Positions 35,088 to 43,835 of a DNA stretch of 64,000 nucleotides are shown in pieces. A program made the position numbers and the translations under genes. Numbering within the stretch: position 1 is the stretch's first letter; the number at the start of each line of letters is the position of its first letter. The DNA lies in IMG/VR virus record IMGVR_UViG_3300009551_000003, positions 1 through 64,000 of that record, one strand, 5' to 3'. The notes under the pieces were generated by a model, which saw only the letters and a program-made list of their open reading frames with translations, searched no databases and was not told where the DNA came from. Source of the stretch: a virus.

Positions 35088-35721
35088 AGGACTACACGAT
35101 GCGATCTAAGGGCAAGCGAATGCGCCCGGCATCTGGCGGGAAGCGCGGCCGATCGGGAGCCAAGCTGACAGTGCGGCGCCGCGCTCGCGTCATGTTGAAA
35201 GTTGACGAGCGCGCGATCTTGCGCCAGATCATGCAATAGGAGAGTAACAAATGCGTGGCCGTGGTGGAGTTATCGCGAACCAAAAGCTGACATCACAACC
35301 GGCGTGGAGCGAGCCGATGACTGGCGGCATGCTGAAGCATCGCCGGTTCGTCTGGATCAAGCGTGGCGGAGTCGGCCGGCAGTCCGGCTCCGGTCCGAGC
35401 GGCTGTAAGGCTACGCCACGTGCATTGCTCTCGCGTACTCTTCGAGATCGGGCGGGAGTAGCGGCGGTCGTCACGGCGCGTCAGGAGCTTGCTTACAAGG
35501 CCAAGGCGACTCCGCCGAAGATCATCTATGGGCGGCTACCGCCCGGTCCGCTCCCGTATGACAACAAGCGATTTGTGATCATTGACGGCAGGCGAGAGTA
35601 CGCGCCGGTCGGCACACACCTCTGCCATGATGGCGTCGAGTACGCGCTAAATGGCGGAGGGTTCTGTGATCGTTGCGGCGAGAATGTGGAAAAACTTTCG
35701 GCCCACCTAACGGAGGAGTAA

Positions 35722-37068
35722 ATGTCTGAGCGTCGTAGTGATCCGTACCTAGAGCGTGCTCGCGAGCTTTGCCTTCAATCTGGCATCGATCCTGACAGTC
35801 GGCGTGGCGAAGGTCGCGGACATCCCGCGTGGACAGAATACCGCGACGCCGCGCGCAAGGAACATCTCGCGCGTGAGCAAGCCGCGCTCGCGGCTGACAT
35901 TGCCATCGCTCCGCAGGCGCCGGAATATCAAAACGCGCCGTTGAAGATTTTTGGCGAGCACGATGATGCAACGATCGCACAGATGCGAAACTGCATGAGC
36001 GTCGGCAACGTCGTGGCCGGCGTGATCTGCGCTGACGGGCATCTCGGCTATGCGCAGCCGGTCGGCGGCGTGATCGCATATGAGAAAGATCAGGTTAGCA
36101 TCTCCGGTGTAGGTTTCGATATAGCGTGCGGCAACATGGCTGTTCGCCTCGACATGCCGTTCGCTGAGATCGAGCCGCGCATTCCCGAGATCATCCGCGA
36201 CGTTCAACGAATCATTTCGTTCGGCGTCGGTCGCACCAACGACGAGCGTGTCGAGCATGCGCTGTTCGATAACGCTGATCTCTGGCGGGCTTCGGACATG
36301 GAGGACTACCGCCAGAAGGCCGTATCGCAACTCGGCACGGTCGGCTCCGGCAACCACTACGTTGATATTTTGCGCGACGAAGAAGGCCTCCCTTGGATCG
36401 GCGTTCACTTCGGGAGCCGAGGTCTTGGACACACGAGCGCAACGAAATACCTGAAGGCCGCCGGGGGCAAGGATGGCATGAACGTTCCGCCGGCTCTCGT
36501 CAATCTCAATACCGAACTCGGCCAGCGCTATATCGCCGCTATGCAATTGGGCGGTGCCTATGCCTACGCCGGCCGGGAGTGGGTTGTCGAACGCGTCCGC
36601 AAGATCATCGGCGGCACCGTCACCGAGAGCGTGCACAATCATCACAACTTTGCATGGCTCGAAGAGCATGGCGGTCGTGAGCTATGGGTCATCCGCAAGG
36701 GAGCGACGCCGTCGCGCCCGGGCCAGAAAGGATTCGTCGGTGGCTCCATGGGAGACGATGCCGTGATCATCGAAGGCGTCGAGAGCCCCGAGGCCAAGGC
36801 CGCACTTTACTCGACCATCCACGGCGCCGGCCGACTGTTCGGCCGCAAAGAGGCCAAGCGCCGGTTCACGAAGCAACAGATGGACGAATGGCTACAGGCC
36901 CGTGGCGTGACCCTCGTGGGCGCTGACCTCGACGAAAGCCCGATGGCGTATCGGCGCCTCCCGGAAGTTCTGGCGCACCACGCCGGCTCCGTAAAGGTCC
37001 TACACACGCTCCGGCCGTTCGCGGTCGCTATGGCCGGCGCCGGAGAGTTTGACCCTTACAAGGACTAA
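35722..37068 (+). CDS. rtcB: RtcB RNA 3'-phosphate/5'-OH ligase with a ~70-aa N-terminal extension
   Basis: ADGHLG, GFDIACG, GSGNHY, HFGSRG, HNHHN, GGSMG, HGAGR and DESPMAYR motifs. Confidence 0.95.
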   Translation: MSERRSDPYLERARELCLQSGIDPDSRRGEGRGHPAWTEYRDAARKEHLAREQAALAADIAIAPQAPEYQNAPLKIFGEHDDATIAQMRNCMSVGNVVAGVICADGHLGYAQPVGGVIAYEKDQVSISGVGFDIACGNMAVRLDMPFAEIEPRIPEIIRDVQRIISFGVGRTNDERVEHALFDNADLWRASDMEDYRQKAVSQLGTVGSGNHYVDILRDEEGLPWIGVHFGSRGLGHTSATKYLKAAGGKDGMNVPPALVNLNTELGQRYIAAMQLGGAYAYAGREWVVERVRKIIGGTVTESVHNHHNFAWLEEHGGRELWVIRKGATPSRPGQKGFVGGSMGDDAVIIEGVESPEAKAALYSTIHGAGRLFGRKEAKRRFTKQQMDEWLQARGVTLVGADLDESPMAYRRLPEVLAHHAGSVKVLHTLRPFAVAMAGAGEFDPYKD

Positions 37069-37301
37069 AAGACATGAAGAAATTTTTGTTGATCTGTATC
37101 GCTCCCGTTTATCTTCTTGGCTGGGCCGGAGCAATGGCTGCGGTTGATCGTAACTACTACAGGGACATCGGTGAAGGACTTGCCATGCAGCGCTCCGGTT
37201 CGTCTTGGAGAGTGCCTAGGTGAAATGGCTCTTGGCGCGATATGGCCGGCAGCCGCTATAGCGGACACGGCTTTTCGAGCGTACCGCAACGAACACAAGG
37301 A

Positions 37302-37326
37302 TTGACAGACGACTCAGGATGCGCTA
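37302..37326 (+). promoter_or_regulatory. Sigma70-type promoter of the RNA/tRNA operon
   Basis: TTGAC agacgactcaggatgc GCTA(TAAG). Confidence 0.7.
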
Positions 37327-37343
37327 TAAGCGCGCCCTCACTA

Positions 37344-37495
37344 CCGAGAGCCTACGGGGGCTTCTCCCTCTGAGGCCCGAAAAGCCGAAAGGCCTGTTGG
37401 CGAAAGCCGACTAGGGCATGCCCGTAGGGAAGCCGCACCGCGCGAGAGCGAGGAGCGGAGCAACTAACACGAGGCGACATCGCGCGCCTACTCGG
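37344..37495 (+). ncRNA. Candidate structured noncoding RNA C, upstream of the tRNA cluster
   Basis: Closing stems CCGAG/CTCGG and CCTACGGG/CCCGTAGG; GNRA hairpins GCC-GAAA-GGC, GTTGGC-GAAA-GCCGAC and CGC-GAGA-GCG. Confidence 0.6.
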
Positions 37496-37554
37496 AAAAC
37501 GAAACGATGAAGACCCGGACCGCAAACTCGAATACCCCCAACCCGCGCCCATCT

Positions 37555-37633
37555 CAGGGCGTGGGGGAGTCTGCTCGTCCCCGCCGCACTCGGAATGCGG
37601 AGATCGCGGGTCGAAATCCCGCCGCCCTGACCA
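37555..37633 (+). tRNA. tRNA-Pro(CGG)
   Basis: Acceptor CAGGGCG/CGCCCTG, anticodon arm CCGCA-CTCGGAA-TGCGG, encoded CCA; atypical T-loop TCGAAAT. Confidence 0.85.
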
Positions 37634-37683
37634 CTCTCACATCGAATATTACCGGCCGCCTGCAACGCTGGCAGTGATCCTTT

Positions 37684-37757
37684 ACAGGATTGGTGTAGCG
37701 GTAGCACGGCGGCCTCCAAACCCGCTGGCCATGGTTCGAACCCATGATCCTGTGCCA
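37684..37757 (+). tRNA. tRNA-Trp(CCA)
   Basis: Acceptor ACAGGAT/ATCCTGT, G73, loop CTCCAAA, TTCGAAC, CCA. Confidence 0.88.
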
Positions 37758-37758
37758 T

Positions 37759-37833
37759 GCCGGTTTGGTGTAACGGTAGCACAACGGGCTCTGAACCCGT
37801 TAGGTCTCAGTTCGAATCCGAGAGCCGGTGCCA
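37759..37833 (+). tRNA. tRNA-Gln(CTG)
   Basis: Anticodon arm ACGGG-CTCTGAA-CCCGT, TTCGAAT, GCCA end. Confidence 0.88.
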
Positions 37834-37837
37834 ACAA

Positions 37838-37913
37838 GTCGATGTAGCTCAGTGGTAGAGCAGGGCTTTCGTAAAGCTCAGGTCGGAGGTTCAATCCCAT
37901 CCCATCGGCACCA
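37838..37913 (+). tRNA. tRNA-Thr(CGT)
   Basis: Canonical D arm, anticodon arm GGGCT-TTCGTAA-AGCTC, ACCA; bulged T-stem. Confidence 0.85.
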
Positions 37914-37919
37914 ATCTCT

Positions 37920-37997
37920 GACAGCGTAGCTCAGTTCGGTAGAGCATCGGGCTCATAACCCGAGGGTCCTTGGTTCAAATCCAAGCGTCTGTCACCA
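37920..37997 (+). tRNA. tRNA with CAT anticodon (Met; identity class uncertain)
   Basis: Anticodon arm TCGGG-CTCATAA-CCCGA, TTCAAAT, ACCA; one-nt bulge in the acceptor stem. Confidence 0.8.
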
Positions 37998-38029
37998 AGA
38001 AAACCTCTATGTTTTTCTGACATCGAATG

Positions 38030-38106
38030 CCCAGTGTAGCTTAGTTGGTTAGAGCGCGCGGTCGATAACCGTGAGGTCGCCGGTTCGAATCCGGCCACTG
38101 GCACCA
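38030..38106 (+). tRNA. tRNA-Ile(GAT)
   Basis: Anticodon arm CGCGG-TCGATAA-CCGTG with C at position 33, TTCGAAT, ACCA. Confidence 0.85.
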
Positions 38107-38109
38107 AAT

Positions 38110-38182
38110 GGGGCGGGCAGAAGGGCTGCACTGATGCCTTGCAAGCAACGGGAGCCGGGGGCAGTACCCGGTCGCTCCACCA
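38110..38182 (+). tRNA. Atypical tRNA-Ala(TGC)-like RNA
   Basis: Acceptor GGGGCGG/TCGCTCC with G3.U70, A73-CCA, loop CTTGCAA; T-loop GGCAGTA. Confidence 0.7.
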
Positions 38183-38185
38183 ATT

Positions 38186-38261
38186 TGGGAAGTGGCGAAG
38201 ATGGTAACGCGGCGAACTGTTAATTCGCTTACCGTAGGTTCGAATCCTACCTTCCCAGCCA
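38186..38261 (+). tRNA. tRNA-Asn(GTT)
   Basis: Acceptor TGGGAAG/CTTCCCA, anticodon arm GCGAA-CTGTTAA-TTCGC, GCCA. Confidence 0.9.
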
Positions 38262-40788
38262 ACGATCGTTGTAGAGCGTCATGTGATCGTAGTTCGGGAC
38301 CCGGGCGAAGGAACAAAGCTTCCGCCCGTCAACATCGTAAATGAAATGGAAGCTAGCTCCGATCGCCCGCTCGGATACGTTGTGCCATTCACCCGAACCA
38401 TCGGTTGCGAACAGCCAATAGCCTTCAGCATCGTGGCTGGCGCAAAACCACCGCATGACCGAACGCCGAGGCCAGCACGAGCCAAGAAACTCATGTCCGA
38501 CCACCGCATGGTCGGGATGCGACATCGGCGTTACGCGGGGTACGCGCTCGCCACCGTAGGGGTCACGATCCATTTTGGACATCCTTTTTCACAGAGCGAC
38601 AAAATCTCCGGGCTCGACAGGCGATGCGAGCAGAAGCGTTGCGATCGGCTCTCCGCCGATCGGCTCCTCGAAGATCGCGAGCCGCATATCCGTGCCGAGC
38701 ATGTTGATCGGACCTACGGGAGACCCTTTCAGATATAGCGTTATATCCTGACCCTCTAGTTCTGCCCATCCATCAATCGGCTGTCGGAGTGTGACCACTT
38801 CGCGCTCGACACCGTCAACGATTGCTAGCACACTGGCGTATTTCGTTTTCATTCATCATCATCCCATAAATCGAAGAGCATCCACTCTCGGGTCCTGACG
38901 TTGAAGTAGCCGAGGCTCAGCGCCATGACAAGCCCCTCATAGACGGCTCCGAGCCCGAGCAAAAAGAACCGCCACTGATCCTTACGGGAGGAGTGCCGAG
39001 CTCTGCTCGGAATAAAATTCTTGCGAAGAGTGACTAGCATTGGTCCTCTCAAAAATAAATCTTGTCGCCGGCACTCCGTCAAAAGAACGCGCTATCATCG
39101 TATGCGAATGGTCGCACAGGTTGGTTTTCGTCGCCGTCTGCGAAGATCACCACGTCCTCGGGTATCACTTCGTCAACCGCGCGACGATCCCAGAAGCGAT
39201 GAATGAAGTCGGGCCGGCCGAAGGTTTTGACGGCGGTCGAGTAGCGATCATCTTTGAAACCGACGAAGTGATAGAGGCCGCGCTCTTCATAGCGCGTGCC
39301 CCGTGTTGCGTTCTGCCAAGCGACACGCGTCAGCTTCACGCGGCCATCTGGCAGACGCTCGATCACCCCTTCGTCGATCAACCCTTGCATGGAATATTAA
39401 CCTCGATAGTGCGGCGAACCACGCGAGAGACCTTCTCAACGACCTGATATGGTGTCGTCAGATCGTTCGGAGCCCGGTAGGCCTCGATGATCGCGCCAGA
39501 CAGATACCACTCGCCTTTCTTGGGCGCGCGAAATCCGACCTTCCGGTAGAAGTATCGGTCTTGAAGAAGCCCGCTCGTGCCGAGCGGTATGAAGTTGACA
39601 GGGCCAAACAGCGTTTTGCCAACGTCGGCCTCAATGATCTCACGATAGTTACGCATTTTGCCAGCCCTCCTCATATGCCTTAGCGACATAGGTGTCGAAA
39701 ACTTCGTCTGCCCGGAAGCTGTTCGTGCACCATTCGCTGCACTCCGGCTCCGTCTTCGGCGTGTCTCCGGGACAACAAAACGAGTGGCCCGGAAGGAAGG
39801 TCGCGACGAGAGCCTGCCGGCCGTATTGCTGGATACGCACGTCGCCGGTTTCGTCGCCACGTTTAAGCAGCAAGATGCGGACCGCGTCGCCGGGATATTT
39901 TGGTTCGGTCCATAGAGACATCACGCAAACTCCGGTTTCCAAAAGTAGTAATACTCCTGCTTGAGCGTTCGCCCATCCTGCCGGCGCACGCGCCGAACAG
40001 AGCAGCCCCGGGCGCCGAGATTATCAACCCAGTTATGGGCCAGCGTCTTCGCGTGAGCCAAGCTCTCCGCGTCAAGCTCGCACCACGACCCGTCGTCAAC
40101 CTCGACGAACACGACGTATTCAGTCTTGCGCTGTACGCGCGCCTCGTCGCGCTCGCGCGTGAGAAGGTCCGCAACAGTCTCGGCAGAAAATTTAGGCATT
40201 TGAACCTCTCGTGTATTCTCGGGACAGGCGCAGGCCTTCAAGATAGTACCATCGCGTCCATTCGTGTTCGTTGTGCACTAGAAAACTCCGTTAAATTTGT
40301 GCGATCTTGTCGGCCCAGTCTTTGCCCATATGCTCGGTGACGAAGTCAAGACTGCCCTTGGTGCCAGCCTGCACCTGATCGCGCGACGGAATATGATTGC
40401 CGTAATAGTCGCGGAAGTCATTGCGACCAAGTAGGCAGCGACCATCCTCGATCGCCTGCATCATGCTACGACCATAAGAGCCTTGCAGGCTCCACAGGCC
40501 ATCATTGATGGCGCGCTGTAACGAGGCCGATACTTCGAATGGCGAAGCCTCGTCGTCCATCTCGATAATTTGGACGTCTTGATTGGTGAACGCCATGACT
40601 TAGCTCTCCAGTGATTGCTTAACGGCCGCAATAGTCGTGAAGACTTCTCCGCCGACCTTTGACCCTTTCGGGAAGTATCGGAAGCCGCCTTCGACAGCCC
40701 GGATGGTGCCGACACGAAGGCCTCCGCTATAGACCCGGATCGATAATATCCGGCAATCGGTCGTCTGATGGTAAGTGATTTCGGACAT
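38247..40788 (-). CDS. Cluster of short hypothetical genes (38247-38582, 38589-38852, 39079-39390, 39378-39656, 39649-39921, 39921-40199, 40291-40596, 40600-40788)
   Basis: Coupled ORFs convergent on the tRNA cluster. Confidence 0.55.
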
Positions 40789-40932
40789 CGTCTATCCTCT
40801 AAAAGTGCAGGGCGGCCTTCTCGACTGATACCAAGATACCGCCCTGCACCGTGCCGTTTGCCTGATTGCTAGCGGCATCCCGGAAGATAAGCGAGAGGCA
40901 GTGCGGAGTGCAAGCGTCATCCCGTAGGACGG

Positions 40933-40947
40933 TTAAGGCCGAGTTAA
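40933..40947. promoter_or_regulatory. CtrA-type box TTAA-N7-TTAA
   Basis: TTAA GGCCGAG TTAA in a divergent intergenic region, 48 bp upstream of the promoter at 40995. Confidence 0.5.
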
Positions 40948-41078
40948 TGTCAGGCGCCGGACACTTAACGTTAACCTACGTGACAATCTGACGCTTGACA
41001 GATCGGCGGAGGGCCGCTATTTCCGGGGGCAAGTGGAAAAGGCGGCCCCATGCGGTCGCAAAAGAGGATAGGCTTGAT

Positions 41079-41270
41079 ATGAGTAAGTTCAAGGTTCAAA
41101 AGCTCGTGGCCCTGAAGGGCCGAACGGCTTCGGGACAGAGGGTGAAGAATGTCGGCGCGATCTGGGAGACGATCGCCACGAAGACAAATCGGGCGACGGC
41201 CGAGCGTATCCAGAAGCATGCGCAGATTGACAATCCGAACGCGCAGATCAGGATTGAGGAAAGCGCGTAA
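41079..41270 (+). CDS. Small basic hypothetical protein
   Basis: Start MSKFKVQK, downstream of the promoter at 40995. Confidence 0.6.
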   Translation: MSKFKVQKLVALKGRTASGQRVKNVGAIWETIATKTNRATAERIQKHAQIDNPNAQIRIEESA

Positions 41271-41563
41271 TGATTCCGGATTGGAACGCCGAGCCGGAGT
41301 ATCCCGGCATCCCGATCGCATTGATCATGCTCCGCAAGGGGCGTGAACTCGGCGACGTTCGCATTCAACACTACGGGAGGAAGGTCAAAGTTGCGGCCTT
41401 CCTTCCCGGCATTTGTATGAGCCTTCCGGGCGACAGTCCGAAGACGAGTCCGGATCGTGACGAGTGGTTTGATGTTGACAACCGTGTCGGCGCCGAGCGG
41501 ACTTTTGACCGATTCATCCGCGACGCACGTGACGCCGGATGGGTTGAACACGTCGTTCGATAA
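41270..41563 (+). CDS. Hypothetical protein, paralog of 39649-39921
   Basis: Shared P[KE]YPG...GDVRIQxYGR...FLPG...PGD[TS]PKT. Confidence 0.75.
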   Translation: MIPDWNAEPEYPGIPIALIMLRKGRELGDVRIQHYGRKVKVAAFLPGICMSLPGDSPKTSPDRDEWFDVDNRVGAERTFDRFIRDARDAGWVEHVVR

Positions 41564-41564
41564 A

Positions 41565-41811
41565 CAGGAATAGGCGGACACAGACAGACAGAAGGTACAG
41601 GGAAAGCAAGCGCGGTGTCGGTTGAGCGAGCAGAGTAGCGAGTCGAACCATAGGCCCTCGGCTAGTATGGTCCCTTCGGGGTAGCGAATGTGAGCAATAG
41701 ACCGAACTTAAATCCCGGTGTCGATCAACCTACGAAGGGCGCGTCCCCGTAGTCGGCCAACGAATTGAAAACGAATGTGCCCGTGTGTGTGTCTGTGTCC
41801 ACCTATTCCTG
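41565..41811 (+). ncRNA. Candidate structured noncoding RNA D
   Basis: ~25-bp terminal stem CAGGAATAGGcGGACACAGACA/TGTCTGTGTCCaCCTATTCCTG; internal C-TTCG-G tetraloop. Confidence 0.6.
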
Positions 41812-41821
41812 AGAGGACCCT

Positions 41822-42136
41822 ATGTCAGATGAACTTTCTGATCTGATTCGTGATCTCGCCAAGCGCGGCGAGCTTACCCATTTGTCGCTCAGCCCGCGTG
41901 AGATTGAGCTAGGCAACAACAAAAAGGTCAAAGGCTGGGGCGCCACGTTCGCGCCGGCCAGCACTTTCGGCAATACGTTCGGCGAGGATACTGATCCAGT
42001 CGTTGCGCTTTTGAACGCGCTCAACGATGCGAAGCTCCGACATCGATCGGAGTTCAAGGACGGCGCGGGTTCAAAAGTGAAGCCCTCGAAGTCGGCGCCG
42101 GCAACCGAGGCCGACCTCGACGATCTCCTCAGCTAA
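41822..42136 (+). CDS. Hypothetical protein
   Basis: GAGAGG RBS; 104 aa with an acidic tail. Confidence 0.7.
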   Translation: MSDELSDLIRDLAKRGELTHLSLSPREIELGNNKKVKGWGATFAPASTFGNTFGEDTDPVVALLNALNDAKLRHRSEFKDGAGSKVKPSKSAPATEADLDDLLS

Positions 42137-42198
42137 TTCGCTAGTTGTTCCGATCTCTGGGATGGGCTACGCTAGTCGCCCAATTCTGGAGAATCGGC

Positions 42199-42426
42199 AT
42201 GGCGAAGCTCACTGCAAAAACCCGCAAGAAAATCCCTACCGGCAAGTTCGCTCTGCCGGGTAAGCGATATCCGATAGAGGACAAGGCGCACGCGGCTGAC
42301 GCGAAGGGCCGGGCCACTCAACAGCTTGCCAAAGGCAAGCTATCGCCGGCTCAGGCCGCGAAGATTCGGCATCGCGCCGACGTTGTCCTTGGCGAATCGG
42401 ACAGTCACTATCACAACAAGGGCTAA
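42199..42426 (+). CDS. Small basic phage protein (KFALPGKRYPIEDKAHA type)
   Basis: GGAG RBS; the motif recalls small head-associated phage proteins. Confidence 0.7.
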   Translation: MAKLTAKTRKKIPTGKFALPGKRYPIEDKAHAADAKGRATQQLAKGKLSPAQAAKIRHRADVVLGESDSHYHNKG

Positions 42427-42433
42427 ATTTGCC

Positions 42434-42769
42434 ATGAAAGATGCAGGGGGCCACGGCAGCAATGAGCGCGGCGGTGTAGCGACGCACGCCTCCGCGATCC
42501 ATGCGCTCCCCGGAGTAGGGGCGATGCAAGCCGCTCACAATTCTCAGGTAGAGGCCGGTCGTTCCGACGCTTCATATCGTGCTGCCATGCCGATTGAGAA
42601 CTTTACCGGAGGGGTCCAAGATTTGCTAGGGCTCTGGGACGGGACCCAAAAGCCATCTCCCCTATCCGATGGCGAGAAGAAACAGATTAACGACGCTTAT
42701 GCGCAACGTGCGAACTTCCGGGTCTTGGCTGGGCAGATACAGGATCAACGGCGCCGGGCGGCACACTGA
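42434..42769 (+). CDS. MKDAKGHGS-leader protein 1
   Basis: Begins MKDAGGHGSNERGG. Confidence 0.8.
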   Translation: MKDAGGHGSNERGGVATHASAIHALPGVGAMQAAHNSQVEAGRSDASYRAAMPIENFTGGVQDLLGLWDGTQKPSPLSDGEKKQINDAYAQRANFRVLAGQIQDQRRRAAH

Positions 42770-42902
42770 CACACTGGCACGGATAAAACCGGGCTCCAGA
42801 TCACGCTCCCCCGGGGGTATGGGGATTATTGAATTAAGAGTTTGGTAGGTATATCCTGAGAACCTACTAGCGAATGGCCCGGCACGCGTGCCAGTGTGCC
42901 AA
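42770..42902. repeat. Second GTGCCAGTGTG iteron locus
   Basis: 42770-42788 is the exact reverse complement of 22865-22883; 42887-42902 is identical to 22872-22887. Confidence 0.8.
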
Positions 42903-42926
42903 ACGGTGTAGCCGAGGAGCATAATT

Positions 42927-43457
42927 ATGAAAGACGCAAAGGGCCACGGCAGTAACGCACGCGGCATCGTCGGGACGTTTACGCCCGACGCCAAGCATAT
43001 GTATAACCATTTGCGGAATAGCGGCGTCCCACACCGGCTTGCCGTAGACAGGACCTTCACGGCGTTTCCGGGCAAAACCCAAATGACGAACGCCGATGCC
43101 GCCGCCGCTCTGGCGAGTGGCCCGAAGTCGGCACCGGCTCCGGTCCATGACGCATGGAGCAACACCCCCGGCGGTGACCGCACGGACTGGCGCTTAAACA
43201 GTCACACGCATGAGATTGTATCGCCGTCCGGCGACGTGGCCGCGAGGATGCGGCTCGGGAAGAACAACGGCCTCGCCGTTGACGTGCCGGGCCAAGGCAA
43301 GATCAGCCACAGTGGCGGCCCGTCTATCCACGATGCGGTCGCCATGCCAGACTATCGCGCGAAAGGTGGATCGTTTCCGGCTGATCACATCTCTGGAGCG
43401 CTTCACTTTTTGACCGGCAAAGATTTCTCCGGTCACACGGTTCGGAGGGTCAAGTGA
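42927..43457 (+). CDS. MKDAKGHGS-leader protein 2 (with SGPKS module)
   Basis: MKDAKGHGSNARG; AAALASGPKSAPAPVHDAW. Confidence 0.85.
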   Translation: MKDAKGHGSNARGIVGTFTPDAKHMYNHLRNSGVPHRLAVDRTFTAFPGKTQMTNADAAAALASGPKSAPAPVHDAWSNTPGGDRTDWRLNSHTHEIVSPSGDVAARMRLGKNNGLAVDVPGQGKISHSGGPSIHDAVAMPDYRAKGGSFPADHISGALHFLTGKDFSGHTVRRVK

Positions 43458-43831
43458 AGGACGCAAAGGGCCACGGCTCAAATACTCGCGGCGGCAGTAA
43501 TGTCGGTCGGCGGTACACGTCCATGAGTTCGTTTACTCCATGGCCTAAAGGGACCCGGTTTGTCAAAGGCACGCTCGCCACTGCCGACGAAGTAAACCGA
43601 ATTGCCTCTGGCGTTAAGATCAACCCATCTGATACGGAAGCGGCTCGATCCCTCGCGAGTGGCCCCAAGTCGGCGCCGGCTCCTATCCATGACGCATGGA
43701 GTGAGACGCCCGGCGGCGACCGCAGTCCGAGTGACAAGGTCCACAGTACCTATACGATCAAGCCCGTAGCCGGCGGCCATGTGTTGGTCAAAGGCTCACG
43801 TGATCTGAAAATCGACGGGCGCGAGGGCTGA
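43454..43831 (+). CDS. MKDAKGHGS-leader protein 3 (with SGPKS module)
   Basis: GTG start overlapping the previous stop; ARSLASGPKSAPAPIHDAW. Confidence 0.85.
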   Translation: MKDAKGHGSNTRGGSNVGRRYTSMSSFTPWPKGTRFVKGTLATADEVNRIASGVKINPSDTEAARSLASGPKSAPAPIHDAWSETPGGDRSPSDKVHSTYTIKPVAGGHVLVKGSRDLKIDGREG

Positions 43832-43835
43832 TCCG

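Noticed and set aside
37369-37395. Hammerhead ribozyme, suggested by CTGA...GAAA
   Set aside because: The core reads CTGAGGC rather than CTGANGA, and stems I and III cannot be built convincingly.
38110-38182. Acceptor piece of a two-piece tmRNA
   Set aside because: Both acceptor strands lie within one 73-nt unit that has an anticodon arm, and no coding piece follows.
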